Shown here one piece after another: positions 28,501 to 35,491 of a stretch of DNA of 51,015 nt (positions within the stretch are counted from its first letter, which is position 1; every line of letters begins with the position of its first letter). The DNA comes from a virus (Duplodnaviria > Caudoviricetes), in IMG/VR virus record IMGVR_UViG_3300025645_000111, positions 1 through 51,015 of that record, one strand, 5' to 3'. Made by a program: the position numbers and the translations under genes. The notes under the pieces were generated by a model. It was given only the letters and a program-made list of their open reading frames with translations. It was not told the DNA's origin and did no database searches.

Positions 28501-29714
28501 ACATTGCCGCCGTCTATTTGGAAATAGTTGACGTAATTTGAACCGTTGTCTGTTGAAAGGAGGTATTGAAAATCATCACTGCCCCCGCCGTTGAACAAAA
28601 GCCTATGTCGGTTTTGGAAAGTAGATGTGCTAGGGCTTTCTAAATATAATTGTAAACCGCCATTTCCGGTTCGTATATTTGCGTAATTTGCGCCAGCAAA
28701 CGCGTCGTTATCAAAAATTAATTTTGGTTCATCGGCATCCGTTGCTGTGTCGTTACGCAAGGTCAGGGTGTTTGCGCCTACAAGCGTAGCGGTTGTTCCA
28801 GTTAAAGCACCATCAATGTCCACGACATCAAGGTTAGTAGTGCCGTCTACGTCTATGTCGCCTGAGATGTCTAGGCTTGCCGCAATGATCTCGCCGCTTG
28901 CGTTGATGGCTCCGTTAATATCAATCGTAGTAGCAGCTATCTGAATCTCTGTGTCAGCAACGAGGTCGAGCTGTCCGTCTGCGCTTGAGTTTATGTATAT
29001 GGCTGAATCACGGAATTGAACTTTCTGTGCGGTTGTTACTTCTATATCAGTTGATCCAGTGGTATTACCCTGGGCCAAAACCTCAGCCAGGGTGTCAAAA
29101 GATGCTACCGAAGAATCAACATACGCCTTAATAGACTGCTGTGTGGCCAGGGCGGTTGCGCTATTGGAGGACATGTTGTCCTGGTCCAGGATGTCAGTTA
29201 CCGCAACAGCTCCGGTGCCAGAAAGTGAGTCAAACTCAACAGCCGCTGCATCAACAGTGCCAGAAGCAGTCAGGTTGACAACCGTGGTGGTGCCGGTAAG
29301 GTCAGTATCAACTAATAGGTCATAAACAACAGCGCCGCTGCCGGCACCGTCTGTGGCAATCATCTTCACCTGGCCAGCTGGGACCGCAACATTTGCGCCA
29401 GAGCCCTGGGAGAAGGTAAGGGTAGAGTTGGTGGTATTTTCAACCATCCAAACTTTAGATAAGGTGTTAGGTGCCAGGGTAACAGTACAAGCCTGGCCGC
29501 CGCCGGTCAGTTTTAAGTAAAACGACCTGGCTGAGTCAGCTGTTCCATCGGCAACAGTGATTGTATGAGTGGAGGCGTTAGCAATAGCTTCGGAGCCATA
29601 ACCCAAGGCTTCACCAATCAGTTCCAGGTTGGTGTTAGTGGTTGTGCCCCAGGTTCCAGATCCTTCACCTGTTGCCAGCTCAGTAAGCCGTAAGTTATTA
29701 ACGTAAGTAGCCAT
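25569..29714 (-). CDS. Modular tail fibre with C-terminal intramolecular chaperone (peptidase S74)
   Basis: 1381 aa; six DFRVES[DN] repeats; C-terminal SSDQRLKENI...GMVAQEL...VDYSKLVPMLVKEIQTL. Confidence 0.9.
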   Translation of the reverse strand: MATYVNNLRLTELATGEGSGTWGTTTNTNLELIGEALGYGSEAIANASTHTITVADGTADSARSFYLKLTGGGQACTVTLAPNTLSKVWMVENTTNSTLTFSQGSGANVAVPAGQVKMIATDGAGSGAVVYDLLVDTDLTGTTTVVNLTASGTVDAAAVEFDSLSGTGAVAVTDILDQDNMSSNSATALATQQSIKAYVDSSVASFDTLAEVLAQGNTTGSTDIEVTTAQKVQFRDSAIYINSSADGQLDLVADTEIQIAATTIDINGAINASGEIIAASLDISGDIDVDGTTNLDVVDIDGALTGTTATLVGANTLTLRNDTATDADEPKLIFDNDAFAGANYANIRTGNGGLQLYLESPSTSTFQNRHRLLFNGGGSDDFQYLLSTDNGSNYVNYFQIDGGNVTFNETGADRDFRVESDANTHALFVDAGNGRVGLFTSSPAAPLDIQFGDNANILRGSYASGEDNFFLELDSAIVASGVVGYQFHLTNNGTAYNNTLTLDRGNVGIGVESADEILHVEKSTGTTLVKTEVGGNSTVGFEIAKTGATTKNWRIADGQVANGSLDIYDVTNSRSILHADTQEVVINDTAVNLDFRVESDNLSHMLFVDAGADGVGIGDGSVQANGLRISSSTGTTNAVDTKLYLNARSSGTTTTGFGPGIVFAGDRNGDGNTQQMARISAVAEVNSGTTLSSGLQFQTATSGVNSAKMTINNLGSVGIGVADGDVTSDGTAARTYVGIIGTANRGRLNIGSTASNGADSGVISFVNGANEIGNINMETNSGSQTVGKMYISSTDILDVRAAGGVIFNEDSADVDFRVESNGNANMIRVDGGNNRVGIGESTPTKTLSVLGDAIIKNTLDGTYLTLHSTQANNASGPDIVLFRDSSSPADDDPLSTIFYQGRNSAGAIKDYMKVRSYIKDVTDGTEDFGMDIQVMTAGNAVNALDILPSELVINNASVDRDFRVESNGNANMLFVDANNNRVGIGTGAPSYEFVVSKDGSSGIELGPQGINTTTSLVQFYNRSTAAYDTARFYASGYDYYVGSVTNVLSLTSGGVIANEGGSASLDFRVESDNNTHMLFVDSGEDIVSMGMPAGVPSWIGGNSVVVADNLYAFQGASYSNACFNLSVDNNFTYLLHNAYYGSGWKQRLTGYAPTMLQTGSAAYNFNYAADTGSDASISWISLMALNSSGAIFNDAGNAGQDFRVESDSDTHMLFVDSGNNAVCMGTATQQATLTVSENQASHFVGHFTNSNANAYGVAIDTGSGSQLFFYLGGANKGSIISNSSGTAYNTSSDQRLKENIADADDAGSKIDSIQVRKFDWKADGSHQDYGMVAQELQIVAPEAVSALEDPDEMMGVDYSKLVPMLVKEIQTLRARVADLES
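26098..28472 (-). repeat. Six direct 17-bp repeats GACTTCCGCGTTGA(G/A)TC inside the fibre gene
   Basis: + strand gactcaacgcggaagtc at 26098, 26503, 26818, 27256 and 27919, and a one-mismatch copy at 28456; spacings 405, 315, 438, 663 and 537 bp. Confidence 0.92.
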
Positions 29715-29730
29715 TTTTTGTCCTCACTTG

Positions 29731-30714
29731 CTAAGCAGCATCGCGCCCAGCGTCAATTTCTTGGTAACCTGGGGACTGTGAAACTGATATAGAAGCCCAC
29801 CCAGGACTTTGCCCATCGTTTATTGTATTGTAGTTTGGATCTTGATTGGTGTCTATCTCTCCATACACCAAAGGAGCGCCCAAGTCTACACTTACAGCCA
29901 AGCCCACTGGGAATGCGGATGCGCCTAACTTTAACGTAACATCGCCAACCGCTACGCCAATCTCAAAGCCAACGGGCTCTACAATTGTGTTGTTGTAAAC
30001 AATGACGCTGCCAATGGCAGATGTCATCGCCAGGGATCCCGCAGTCACATTGGCTTTCGCCTGGACAGAAGCAGATCCCACTGCAGAAGTTATTGCCAGG
30101 CTGCCGGCTGTCACATTTGCTTCGGCATCAACAGCTGCAGCGCCAACAGCAGAAGTAATCGCCAGGGTGCCAGCTGTCACATTTGCTTCAGCATCAACAG
30201 CTAGGGCGCCTACTGCAGAAGTTATTGCCAGGCTGCCGGCTGTCACATTTGCTTCAGCATCTACCGTTACGCTGCCAATGGCTGAGGACATAGACAGTCC
30301 AGTCACCTGGACAACTGCGCCGGCAACTACCTGGGCAGCGCCAATACCAGACGTAATCGCCAGGGATGGGGCTGTAACATTAGCAACCGCATTGACTGTT
30401 AAGCTGCCAACGCCTGAAGTAATAACGCCGGCTGAAGATACAGCAACATCTGCTGCAGCGGTAGCGGTAACGCTGCCAACTGCCGAAGATATAGATAACC
30501 CAGTAACCTGGACGACAGCGCCAGCTACAACTTGCGGGGCACCAACTGCCGAGGTTATTGCTGGGGAAACAGGGGTCACGTTGGCTTCTGCAACAATAGT
30601 TACACTGCCAACGGCTGAGGTGATTACACCAGCGGTCGATAAAGTTACAGGCAGCGAAGTACCCCAGGCGCCTTCGCCCCAGGTTCCGCGACCCCAGCCG
30701 GTTAATGTGGCCAT
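29731..30714 (-). CDS. Tail-associated repeat protein (20-aa Val/Ala/Thr/Ser repeats)
   Basis: 327 aa; N-terminal GWGRGTWGEGAWG; AEANVTAGSLAITSAVG units with 60-bp periodicity. Confidence 0.75.
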   Translation of the reverse strand: MATLTGWGRGTWGEGAWGTSLPVTLSTAGVITSAVGSVTIVAEANVTPVSPAITSAVGAPQVVAGAVVQVTGLSISSAVGSVTATAAADVAVSSAGVITSGVGSLTVNAVANVTAPSLAITSGIGAAQVVAGAVVQVTGLSMSSAIGSVTVDAEANVTAGSLAITSAVGALAVDAEANVTAGTLAITSAVGAAAVDAEANVTAGSLAITSAVGSASVQAKANVTAGSLAMTSAIGSVIVYNNTIVEPVGFEIGVAVGDVTLKLGASAFPVGLAVSVDLGAPLVYGEIDTNQDPNYNTINDGQSPGWASISVSQSPGYQEIDAGRDAA

Positions 30715-30857
30715 TAGCCGCCTAGCTCTACTTTCGCCTCTTCAAGATGTTCTTTACACTCATTCAAGATTTGACGAACGGGCGTTGTCATGTAATCTTG
30801 TTCGAGCATGCCGTCAATCTTGGTCAGAGCATATTCCACATTTTCTAGTGCGCTCAT
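30714..30857 (-). CDS. Small hypothetical protein
   Basis: MSALENVEYAL...; GGAG RBS before ATG 30857 (ORF track start is probably over-extended). Confidence 0.6.
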   Translation of the reverse strand: MSALENVEYALTKIDGMLEQDYMTTPVRQILNECKEHLEEAKVELGG

Positions 30858-30888
30858 AACGATCTCCAAATGAAGCCCCATTATACAC

Positions 30889-31680
30889 CTATGCAGCTTC
30901 GCCGATACCTTGGAATTTGCGGTCCAGGATACGGCGTACTTTAGAGTAAGTGATATCAGCAGCGCAAGCGTGGAGCGATGCGACCTGCTTAGCAATCTTC
31001 CTGGGGCCCAGCCCTCGGTCCCGCAGTTTGTAAATCGTCATCAACACATCCTGCTCTTCGGGGATCTCCTCCAGGCGAGTCCTGGTCTTATTGCCGTGCT
31101 TCTCCTGGACCTTAGCGTAGCCATAAGGAGCGCTGCCACCAATGAAGTATCCGCGAGAGGCCCAATCTACCTTGCCATCACCAAATCGGTCCTTGATGGT
31201 GGAGTGTTCTATCTCAGCAACCGCTGAAAGCACCATAAGCATGATCTGGTTAGCCATTTCGTTCATATCAAACTTAGATCTCAGGCCCTTCTGGCCTTCT
31301 GGCTTAGGATATACGATGGGCACCTCGCCAAACTGCTCACAAAAGAACAATGTAATGCCAATATCTTGCAATACGGGGATAATTGACAGCAAATCGGCGC
31401 TGGACCTGGATAATCGGTCCAATCGAGTGCAAACAATGACATCATGACGATCAATGATGTCGGTGAGCTCTTTACTGCCTGGTCGATCCAGGATTGGCCT
31501 GGTGCCGGACACGCCGTCATCTACCAGGAACTCTGTAACCTCTCGGTTATACTTCTCTTTAACAAAGTCAGCAATCTGCTGCTGCTGAACCTCTAAGGAC
31601 ACGCCAGATCGTACCTGCTCTTTAGTCGATACCCTGACATAGCCATAAATATTGTTGATTTGCTTGAGCGGATTAATCAT
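30889..31680 (-). CDS. Serine recombinase (resolvase/invertase catalytic domain with a short C-terminal DNA-binding region)
   Basis: YGYVRVSTKEQ (catalytic Ser), DDGVSG, RP, RLDRLSRS, GSAPYGY; 263 aa. Confidence 0.9.
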   Translation of the reverse strand: MINPLKQINNIYGYVRVSTKEQVRSGVSLEVQQQQIADFVKEKYNREVTEFLVDDGVSGTRPILDRPGSKELTDIIDRHDVIVCTRLDRLSRSSADLLSIIPVLQDIGITLFFCEQFGEVPIVYPKPEGQKGLRSKFDMNEMANQIMLMVLSAVAEIEHSTIKDRFGDGKVDWASRGYFIGGSAPYGYAKVQEKHGNKTRTRLEEIPEEQDVLMTIYKLRDRGLGPRKIAKQVASLHACAADITYSKVRRILDRKFQGIGEAA

Positions 31681-31931
31681 ACAGCCTTTCTCTCCCTACA
31701 CTTGAACCCATAATCGGTAACTTCCTGAAACAAACGCTGCCAGTTGATGTTCAATGGCTGCCGATCACTAGCCCTATCGGCAAACAAGACCTGGCCATTC
31801 TTTACGAGCTCAACTGCAGCATAGTTTTTAGGCACACCGTCATAGACGATCTCGATGTCGTGCGCCAGGCAAATCCGGCGCACTCTGTTAGCAAATACTT
31901 TCTTCACCCTGGCTTCTTCAGATACTGGCAT
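31677..31931 (-). CDS. Hypothetical protein
   Basis: 84 aa in a coupled operon. Confidence 0.7.
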   Translation of the reverse strand: MPVSEEARVKKVFANRVRRICLAHDIEIVYDGVPKNYAAVELVKNGQVLFADRASDRQPLNINWQRLFQEVTDYGFKCRERKAV

Positions 31932-32113
31932 TAACGTGCCCTCCCTTGAAGAAGAGCACGGATCATCTTGGCTTCCTTCGCTTTAATGCGAGGGTCCTTC
32001 TTGATCTCTTTCTCCACAGAATCAACCCTGATAATCTTTGACACGCCAGGTATGAAGCAATCATCTACCATTTTCTTGCGCTCTGCTCTTGTCATGCTTT
32101 CCCAGTTACCCAT
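31931..32113 (-). CDS. Hypothetical protein
   Basis: 60 aa in a coupled operon. Confidence 0.65.
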   Translation of the reverse strand: MGNWESMTRAERKKMVDDCFIPGVSKIIRVDSVEKEIKKDPRIKAKEAKMIRALLQGRAR

Positions 32114-32360
32114 TCATCTTCTCCTCAAATTCAGCCCAAGCCTCTTTACCCGCGTCACTGTTCGCAGCTTCTTCCGCGATGGTGACCATGTAGTGGCCCA
32201 ACTCTTCTTCACCGTAAGTGGCTAACTTGACCAACTCTGCAGCGGTCATACCAACCTCTTCGGCACCCTGGTTAAAGACCGCAGGCAACATCATGGCAAC
32301 AGCCGGCGGAACACCGAACCTGGTTGCGAAGACCTCGATCTCGTTGACTAAAACACTCAT
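32106..32360 (-). CDS. Hypothetical early protein
   Basis: 84 aa, TAAGGAG RBS, first gene after a boxed promoter. Confidence 0.75.
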   Translation of the reverse strand: MSVLVNEIEVFATRFGVPPAVAMMLPAVFNQGAEEVGMTAAELVKLATYGEEELGHYMVTIAEEAANSDAGKEAWAEFEEKMNG

Positions 32361-32387
32361 TTCTCACTCCTTAATTACTACATTGCT

Positions 32388-32416
32388 AATGTATCCTATA
32401 TCGTGTCGTTGTGCAA
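32388..32416 (-). promoter_or_regulatory. Sigma70-like promoter with AACGACACGATA spacer box
   Basis: TTGCAC-aacgacacgatatagga(17)-TACATT. Confidence 0.75.
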
Positions 32417-32450
32417 GCATAAATATACTTTAATTTAATTTAATAAATAG

Positions 32451-32479
32451 TTGCACAACGACACGTTATTAGGTATATT
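32451..32479 (+). promoter_or_regulatory. Sigma70-like promoter with spacer box
   Basis: TTGCAC-aacgacacgttattagg(17)-TATATT. Confidence 0.75.
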
Positions 32480-32510
32480 GTAAATGTAAGTTAATTATTA
32501 AGGAGAAGTT

Positions 32511-32822
32511 ATGACTGCGTTTGTTAAAGAAGATTTTGCCTGGGACGGTATGTACTTAATGTATCGAGGCCGTCACTCTGAGTCTGTCAATATGGAGGTT
32601 GCACACCCTAACTGTCACCCTTCATGGATCGGCAAGCCAAAGCCAGCGTTTATTGCTCGCTTCAAATACGGCAGCAAGCCCTGGAAGTCTTGGGTAAACT
32701 GCTTGATGGATAACTATACTGTCGAAGGTTATCTCCAGGCTTGCAAAGAAAGCAGCCCGTTAGAGGCCGTCCAGGCTAAAGGTTACAAGGGTCGCGGCAG
32801 GTATAAGAGGATGGCAGCGTGA
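32511..32822 (+). CDS. Hypothetical early protein
   Basis: 103 aa, TAAGGAG RBS. Confidence 0.75.
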   Translation: MTAFVKEDFAWDGMYLMYRGRHSESVNMEVAHPNCHPSWIGKPKPAFIARFKYGSKPWKSWVNCLMDNYTVEGYLQACKESSPLEAVQAKGYKGRGRYKRMAA

Positions 32823-32894
32823 TAGATATTGCGTTGCTTTTTACAGCCACAATGATGGGAGGGCTCCTGGCTCTCCTATTTGCCGAGGATAAAA

Positions 32895-33008
32895 ATGAGT
32901 AAAATCATTATTGAGTTAGACAAAGAGGACGCTGAAGAAGTCCTTAAAACCCACGCGGAAATCCTGGAGTTATTGCGGGAGATCCTCAAGGAGCTGCAAG
33001 ATGGATAA
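32895..33008 (+). CDS. Small hypothetical protein (37 aa)
   Basis: MSKIIIELDKEDAEEVLKTHAEILELLREILKELQDG; GAGGA RBS. Confidence 0.55.
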   Translation: MSKIIIELDKEDAEEVLKTHAEILELLREILKELQDG

Positions 33009-33210
33009 GTATTTCGACACTCTGGACCAGGCTGAATTGTTCCACGTGGAACCTGGTATGACTGAGAAGCAGCGAATGAAAATCTACAAACGTGCCCTGA
33101 ACGTGCATCATAACGCGGGGCCTGAAGCCAAACACATCGTAAAAATCTGGAGAGAGCAGAAAGATGAGCAAAGGTCACACCCAACGCCCCACCAATATGA
33201 AGAGTTTTAG
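33001..33210 (+). CDS. Hypothetical protein
   Basis: 69 aa, AAGGAG RBS. Confidence 0.6.
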   Translation: MDKYFDTLDQAELFHVEPGMTEKQRMKIYKRALNVHHNAGPEAKHIVKIWREQKDEQRSHPTPHQYEEF

Positions 33211-33349
33211 CGACAATTTTGATCGCATCTTCAACAAACCAACCGATCCTCGATTCTGTGACGCGCATGATTTGCGCCTGGTTGAGGACCCTAAAACCAA
33301 ACAAATGGTTTGCCCACACTGTGAGCAAGCCAAAGGAGAAGCAATATGA
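33164..33349 (+). CDS. Small zinc-ribbon-like protein
   Basis: CDAH...CPHC. Confidence 0.6.
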   Translation: MSKGHTQRPTNMKSFSDNFDRIFNKPTDPRFCDAHDLRLVEDPKTKQMVCPHCEQAKGEAI

Positions 33350-33540
33350 GTGCAGATAGATACGAGCTGGAAGAGTTCTTCCAGGCAGAGAGCGGCAGCG
33401 GGTACGTTGTTACCAGGCGCTGCGGTGAAGCAAGTTATGAGGAGATAATAGCCAGGCGTGCCAAGATCCTGGATAAGCAAAAGAAGCCTCACGGGATCTA
33501 TTACATTAGCCCCCAGGGCGAGCGCAGCCGAGTTAAGTAG
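33346..33540 (+). CDS. Hypothetical protein
   Basis: 64 aa, AAGGAG RBS. Confidence 0.65.
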   Translation: MSADRYELEEFFQAESGSGYVVTRRCGEASYEEIIARRAKILDKQKKPHGIYYISPQGERSRVK

Positions 33541-33551
33541 GCTGCAATTAG

Positions 33552-33580
33552 TTGTACAACGACACGATAAGTGTTACAAT
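33552..33580 (+). promoter_or_regulatory. Sigma70-like promoter with spacer box, upstream of the HD hydrolase
   Basis: TTGTAC-aacgacacgataagtgt(17)-TACAAT with extended -10 TGn. Confidence 0.78.
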
Positions 33581-33607
33581 AAACTGTATTGAGAAGGGAG
33601 GTGTGTT

Positions 33608-34048
33608 GTGGTTGCTGGGTTTCAAAAGGCTTTAGAGGTTGCCGTTGCCGAGTATGAGGAGCTGTTCGATAAGAACGGCTTGCCTATCATATTCCACGCG
33701 ATGGCCGTAGCCAAACCCATGATGGAGAAGTATGGCGAGACGCATGCTATTGTTGGATTGTTGCATGACGCTTACGAGAACGTCTGGAATACTGAGCAAG
33801 ATTTCATCGAGTGCGGTGAGATCTTTGGTCCTGAAATAGAGGCTGCGGTTCGAGCGGTCACTAAGGCCCCTGGTGAGGATTACTTGGAAGAATACATCCC
33901 CAGGTGTTTTGCCAACCCGATTGCAAAAGCAGTTAAGGTGTGCGACCTCAAAAACAACTACAATGGTCTTGACAGTATACCCAAGCCTGCCGATAGAAAA
34001 AGATTGGCAGCCAAGTATGCAGCAGCATTGCTCATGGCAGGAGAATAA
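33608..34048 (+). CDS. HD-domain hydrolase, SpoT/Mesh1-like small alarmone hydrolase
   Basis: DKNGLPIIFHAMAVA...GLLHDAYE...FGPEIEAAVRAVTK...VKVCDLKNN; GGGAGG RBS. Confidence 0.85.
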   Translation: MVAGFQKALEVAVAEYEELFDKNGLPIIFHAMAVAKPMMEKYGETHAIVGLLHDAYENVWNTEQDFIECGEIFGPEIEAAVRAVTKAPGEDYLEEYIPRCFANPIAKAVKVCDLKNNYNGLDSIPKPADRKRLAAKYAAALLMAGE

Positions 34049-34049
34049 T

Positions 34050-34283
34050 ATGGAAAAGATAGAGAGTTATTGGACCTGGGAAGAAGCGCCAGGCGTTTTA
34101 GTTGACTACGGTGACGATAATTTTGGTGGATTTCACCTAGCCCAGGGCTCTGACGAATGGGAAAAACAGACCGAGTGGGATGTCGTTCAGTGGTTTAAAG
34201 AGGGTAAAAAGCTATCTAAGCCCAGTTTTGAAATGAAATACGGAAAGATCGGGGACCAGCTTCCACAACTCCCCCTTTCATAA
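34050..34283 (+). CDS. Small Trp-rich acidic protein (candidate immunity protein)
   Basis: 77 aa from ATG 34050 (AGGAG RBS), coupled to the HD gene; immunity role is inference. Confidence 0.65.
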   Translation: MEKIESYWTWEEAPGVLVDYGDDNFGGFHLAQGSDEWEKQTEWDVVQWFKEGKKLSKPSFEMKYGKIGDQLPQLPLS

Positions 34284-35484
34284 ACTTATCCACAAGCTGC
34301 TCCACAATAGCAGGATCCGCTGCATCAAAAGCAGCACCAAACAGGCGCCTCTGCTCAGCAAGCGCCTTATTGTATAGCTTCAGCTTAGTACCAGGTATCT
34401 CGTGGTTGTACCGGCCTTCTAGCTTCCTGGAGTAATCATACCAGCGGTGAGCTCCCTGCTCCCCCGCATCAAACATTTCAGGCGTCTTAATCTGGATCTC
34501 AGCAACAATCTTCTTGCCGGTAGCCGGATCATCAACCAGGACATTCATCTTCCGGTCAAAGTAACCAGATTCAGGTATGCGCTGCCAACCTCGGTCGATA
34601 GTCGTGTACATCTGGCCTATTTGACTCACAGCCTCTTCTGCCTGGTCTGCAGTATCTATGTAAATCGTTGTTCTTACGCCATCGGTGAAGTCTGCCGGCG
34701 CCAGGCCCTTTCTCTCAACCTTGGTGGCTATGCTTTTCGGCGTCTTGACCTCAACATCAAACTGGCTGCCATCTTTTAGGTTGATAAACTTATCAGCTTT
34801 CTTGCCACCAACTGACTTAGCCACTGAGTCAATGTTAGCCTGGAATGAAGGGTTCACTGTGTTAGCTCGCTGGACCATGGCTTCAACCGAATTAAGATCA
34901 CCTTGCTGCCGTTTAAGTGCAGCCTCAATCTCTCTCACTCGCTCAATACCCAGCTCCTGGAATACAGGGGTGGTTCTGATCGGACCATCTACCTTGGTGC
35001 CCTGCTCAATCGCTGCAACTAACCTGGCGGCATCAATGGCTTCAACACCATCACCTACCCTGGCAACATCCTGGGGCAGATTATCAATTCCACCGGTCAG
35101 CTTCATGGCTTTTCTAAGTGCGCCTGGTGCCTTCAACGCGGTCCCCAGCGTAGCTCCGAGCGGCGGAATCACGTAGGTCGCATCACCCAGGACGCCTAAC
35201 GCCTGCAGCGCAGGATCTAGGATGTTGCCCTGGCGAATGTTCTCCAGGATAGAAGGATTGTTTTCGGCATCAAATATATCGGTGAGACCTGTATCAGACG
35301 ATGGCATTCCAGGCATATTACCGGTAGCATCAACAGTCGCTGCCCCAGGAAGTAGTTGCGCTGCAAAATACGCAGCCTGCTCCTCAGTCAGAAAAGGATC
35401 ACTCTTCTCTTCGGGATCGCGCATCATATCACTGACGCTGCCCCCAAGGTTAAAAGCGAATATGTCGATATCGTCTCTATTCAC
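34216..35484 (-). CDS. RelA/SpoT-family synthetase (SAS-like) domain protein with a long N-terminal extension
   Basis: VKTPKSIATK, TDGVRTTI, ESGYFDRKMNV, AEIQIKT, AHRWY; GTG start with GAGGTG RBS. Confidence 0.82.
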   Translation of the reverse strand: MNRDDIDIFAFNLGGSVSDMMRDPEEKSDPFLTEEQAAYFAAQLLPGAATVDATGNMPGMPSSDTGLTDIFDAENNPSILENIRQGNILDPALQALGVLGDATYVIPPLGATLGTALKAPGALRKAMKLTGGIDNLPQDVARVGDGVEAIDAARLVAAIEQGTKVDGPIRTTPVFQELGIERVREIEAALKRQQGDLNSVEAMVQRANTVNPSFQANIDSVAKSVGGKKADKFINLKDGSQFDVEVKTPKSIATKVERKGLAPADFTDGVRTTIYIDTADQAEEAVSQIGQMYTTIDRGWQRIPESGYFDRKMNVLVDDPATGKKIVAEIQIKTPEMFDAGEQGAHRWYDYSRKLEGRYNHEIPGTKLKLYNKALAEQRRLFGAAFDAADPAIVEQLVDKFMKGGVVEAGPRSFRISFQNWA

Positions 35485-35491
35485 CTAATAA

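Noticed and set aside
25569-29714. Diversity-generating retroelement acting on the fibre
   Set aside because: No reverse transcriptase and no TR/VR pair with adenine-specific differences were seen
30002-30859. 285-aa + strand repeat ORF
   Set aside because: Antisense frame of the 60-bp repeat gene 29731..30714
25569-31680. Classical Gin/Cin or shufflon inversion system
   Set aside because: All six sites are in direct orientation within one ORF; no inverted silent fibre cassette was seen
30889-31680. IS607-type insertion sequence
   Set aside because: No N-terminal HTH, no tnpB, and the gene is coupled within a phage operon
33873-34049. N-terminal extension of the 33873..34283 ORF
   Set aside because: It overlaps the HD gene; ATG 34050 has a good RBS and directly follows the HD stop
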